NCBI GenBank assembly: GCA_900088475.1
Contig: FLMG01000094.1
Span: 1-61,530, forward strand
DNA from: Hyphochytrium catenoides
Taxonomy: Eukaryota; Protista; Hyphochytriomycota
DNA: 61,530 nucleotides
Reading direction: 5' to 3'
Below are positions 59,383 to 61,530 of this stretch, one piece after another. The position numbers and the translations under genes are program-made. How positions within the stretch are numbered: the first letter of the stretch is position 1; every line of letters begins with the position of its first letter. The notes below the pieces were generated by a model. The model was not told the DNA's origin, ran no database searches, and was given only the letters and a program-made list of their open reading frames with translations.

Positions 59383-61530
59383 TTATAATAGACCGCTCTC
59401 CGTCGCAGATCCACTCTGACTTCGCTGTAGCAAAAATGGGTCGTGGAGGTGTGATCTCGCCGTGGACGGGACCCATGGCGATCCCTGGGAGAGCTGAAGC
59501 GACTGGCATGTTAGCGACTGCGAGTTGGCAGTAACAGTCATTGCAGGCTTCATTGGCTGTCCGGCAACATGTTGGCGGCGCATCAGCTCGTTGAGGGATT
59601 GCTGAGGCCCCTGACGCCTAGTGCTGGCACCGTTAGCGGCCATGGAAGAAAGATCCTCCAAATTGATCAGCGAAACAGCGCCCGGCGGAAGGACCTTTGC
59701 AGTTTCAACTGTGGGAGTATGTTCCCCATCTTTCATCGTCGTCAAGCTGCCTTGTGGCTCGAGTATAGGCGCGGATTCCTTGTCAGCCTGTCCGCTTGCA
59801 GTCTTCGAAAGCGAAGAGGGTAGCAGAGTAGGTGTACTGCCAAACTCGAGCCCGAGAAGATCTGATCCTAAAGATGAGACAGTCAAACCGATGTCCTTTC
59901 TGCCCTTTTACTATACACGGCCTGGCCTCTTTAGACAGCCTTCATAGCTTCTCTGTTTCGGCCTCCCTCTATCAGTATTTTTACCTTACTTCCCTGGTAT
60001 ATCATCTACCTACCTTGAGCCTGGGACTGATTGCTTGCGCTTTTTGGAGATGTCTTTGAGCCAACAAAGGGTGGCGCTGACAGTAAATCAGTTGCAACGG
60101 GCGGCCCTTGAGAAGCCGCTGCTGGCAGGGAAATGCCCAATAAATCACTTGCCACAGAAGGAGGACTCCCGTTTCGAGGTCCAGAGTCTACAATCTGGTC
60201 GGGGCCCTCCGCCATAGAGCTAAAGTCAATCAGGTCTTCTGTTGCCCGTTCCTCTTTGACTTTAGTTCTGCAGTGGGAATCAGTGTCAGGAAAGACAGAT
60301 ATACTTTTTCAGAAAACCAACATTGGAAACCCAACCGAAGCACCCTCCTTGAAAGCAGAAGGAAATGAAGGAAGTCAAATGCCCTCTGTCAGGACATTGC
60401 TTGGAGCAACTCTGAGTCACTCACTTCTTTGTGTCCTTCCTTGAGCTCTTTGCCTTTGTGCTGTGGTTCTTAGTGCTACTTCTCCCTTTCCTGCTGGCTG
60501 GTCTTCCAACCTCTTCACTTGCAGACGACGTGGACTCTGACTTGTAGCTATCGGGCTCAGAGGCTGAGCTCTCTGTCGATGGGCGGTTCTTTGACCGGGC
60601 TTTACCTCTTTTAACACTATAGCGACAGAGATTTAGTTAATGTGGTGTGGCTGAGGGCACAAGGTATGGTGCCGATAATGGAGCAAGTAGCAGGGGGCAG
60701 GATATGATCTCACAAGCGACAACGAGGATTGAATAGCTGAAGACAGTGATATGAGATCAAAGGAAAAGAGAACATGACAAAGAGGAGAGCAAGGTGGAAA
60801 CATAGGGTGAATAGAATTTAAAATACCTAGCAGCCTCGTCTGAGCTCTCCGAGGAGTCGGAGCTTGACTCAGATGAGTAGAAGCTCTTCTTTCTTGCCCC
60901 GATCTTGCCTCTGCCCACAAGGCTTCTGGTCCTATTGGCTTTATGTGAGGAAGAAGAAGTATCTGACGAAACTTCTTCACTCTCAGATACTATCTTTCTC
61001 CTCCTGGCAGCGCTCTGGCCCTTAGACTTGACTCCTTTCTTCACGGTCCGCTTTTTTTGTTCAGGAACGCCTCCAGCTTTCTCTTTCTTGGTACTCGACG
61101 ACCGCCAGTCGTCATCTGATTTGGAGAAATTACCTCTCTTAAAGTCCGAGTAGGCTGTGGGCCTCTCACCATAGTCTTCAGCCTGAAGATTACAGCCTCG
61201 CCTTAGCTTTGAAAGAATACATCTGCCGTCGACTCTCAATTTAAAGGTCCTTGGTAGCTCTCCCCTTTATCGTCATTCGGGCGAGGGAGCTCTCTTTTTC
61301 CCTTTCTCTCTCTCTGTCTTACTTCCTTTCGCTCTCTCTTCCTTCCCTGCTTAGCTCCTGCTGCTGTCCCACTGCCAAGTTATTTCGGTCTTGCTTGGCT
61401 TTCGCGGAGCTACCCAGCCGATTATTGTCTGTCCTGTGATCTACTTCAGCGTAATCTCACCTGATACACCCGCTGACGGTATGGCCCAACATAGTCTCCA
61501 CTGCGTCCATCTTGGCTGTAGGCGTTTCTA
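59383..61530 (-). CDS. 3' part of a clathrin-coat accessory protein (epsin/ENTH- or VHS-type tail); the gene continues beyond the window
   Basis: The spliced disordered tail has clathrin-box motifs LLGLE and LINLE, plus DLIDF, DLL repeats and a DPF motif. The exon structure above about 61200 is uncertain and the N-terminal domain is not in the window. Confidence 0.55.

Noticed and set aside
1-61530. Stop-codon reassignment or an alternative genetic code
   Set aside because: Well-conserved genes splice into stop-free frames under the standard code, the conserved Trp codons I checked are TGG, and genes end in TAA, TAG and TGA.
1-61530. Non-canonical, U12-type or introner-like introns
   Set aside because: All junctions I traced are GT-AG, and I saw no shared sequence among introns beyond simple repeats.
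3608-61530. A functional gene cluster (ubiquitin and endomembrane genes, or a biosynthetic cluster around the oxidase)
   Set aside because: The genes are interspersed with unrelated housekeeping genes, there is no PKS, NRPS or terpene synthase, and adjacency alone is not evidence in a eukaryote.

Overview
Intron-rich eukaryotic nuclear DNA with canonical GT-AG introns, frequent CTRAC-like branch points and the standard genetic code. The gene families suggest a SAR/stramenopile-type protist (inference). Reading splice sites by hand gives about 12 genes: a putative Ig-fold transcription factor, a PA-TM-RING E3 ligase, an orphan disordered protein, GPN2, an orphan multi-pass membrane protein, a WW plus SH3/Tudor-like repeat protein, a P3A (plasma-membrane H+-ATPase)-like protein, BRX1, a 7TM-RGS protein, a fungal-type BBE-like FAD oxidase, a ~5,000-aa HECT E3 ligase and the 3' part of a clathrin-adaptor-like gene. 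Two findings stand out. (1) The P3A gene is intact and normally spliced, but its key catalytic motifs are replaced (DKTGT->EKTGM, TGES->TGPS, TGDGVND->TGESVSD, DPPR->DNLR, M6 Asp lost), making it a candidate pseudo-pump. (2) The giant HECT ligase appears cytosolic yet carries four lectin or CBM-type modules (F5/8-CBM32, NPCBM-CBM51, DUF4082-like, LamG), making it a candidate glycan-sensing ubiquitin ligase. The 7TM-RGS gene has an apparent frameshift. No rRNA, tRNA, CRISPR array or recognisable transposon was seen. All family and domain calls are by eye and need HMM or structure confirmation.
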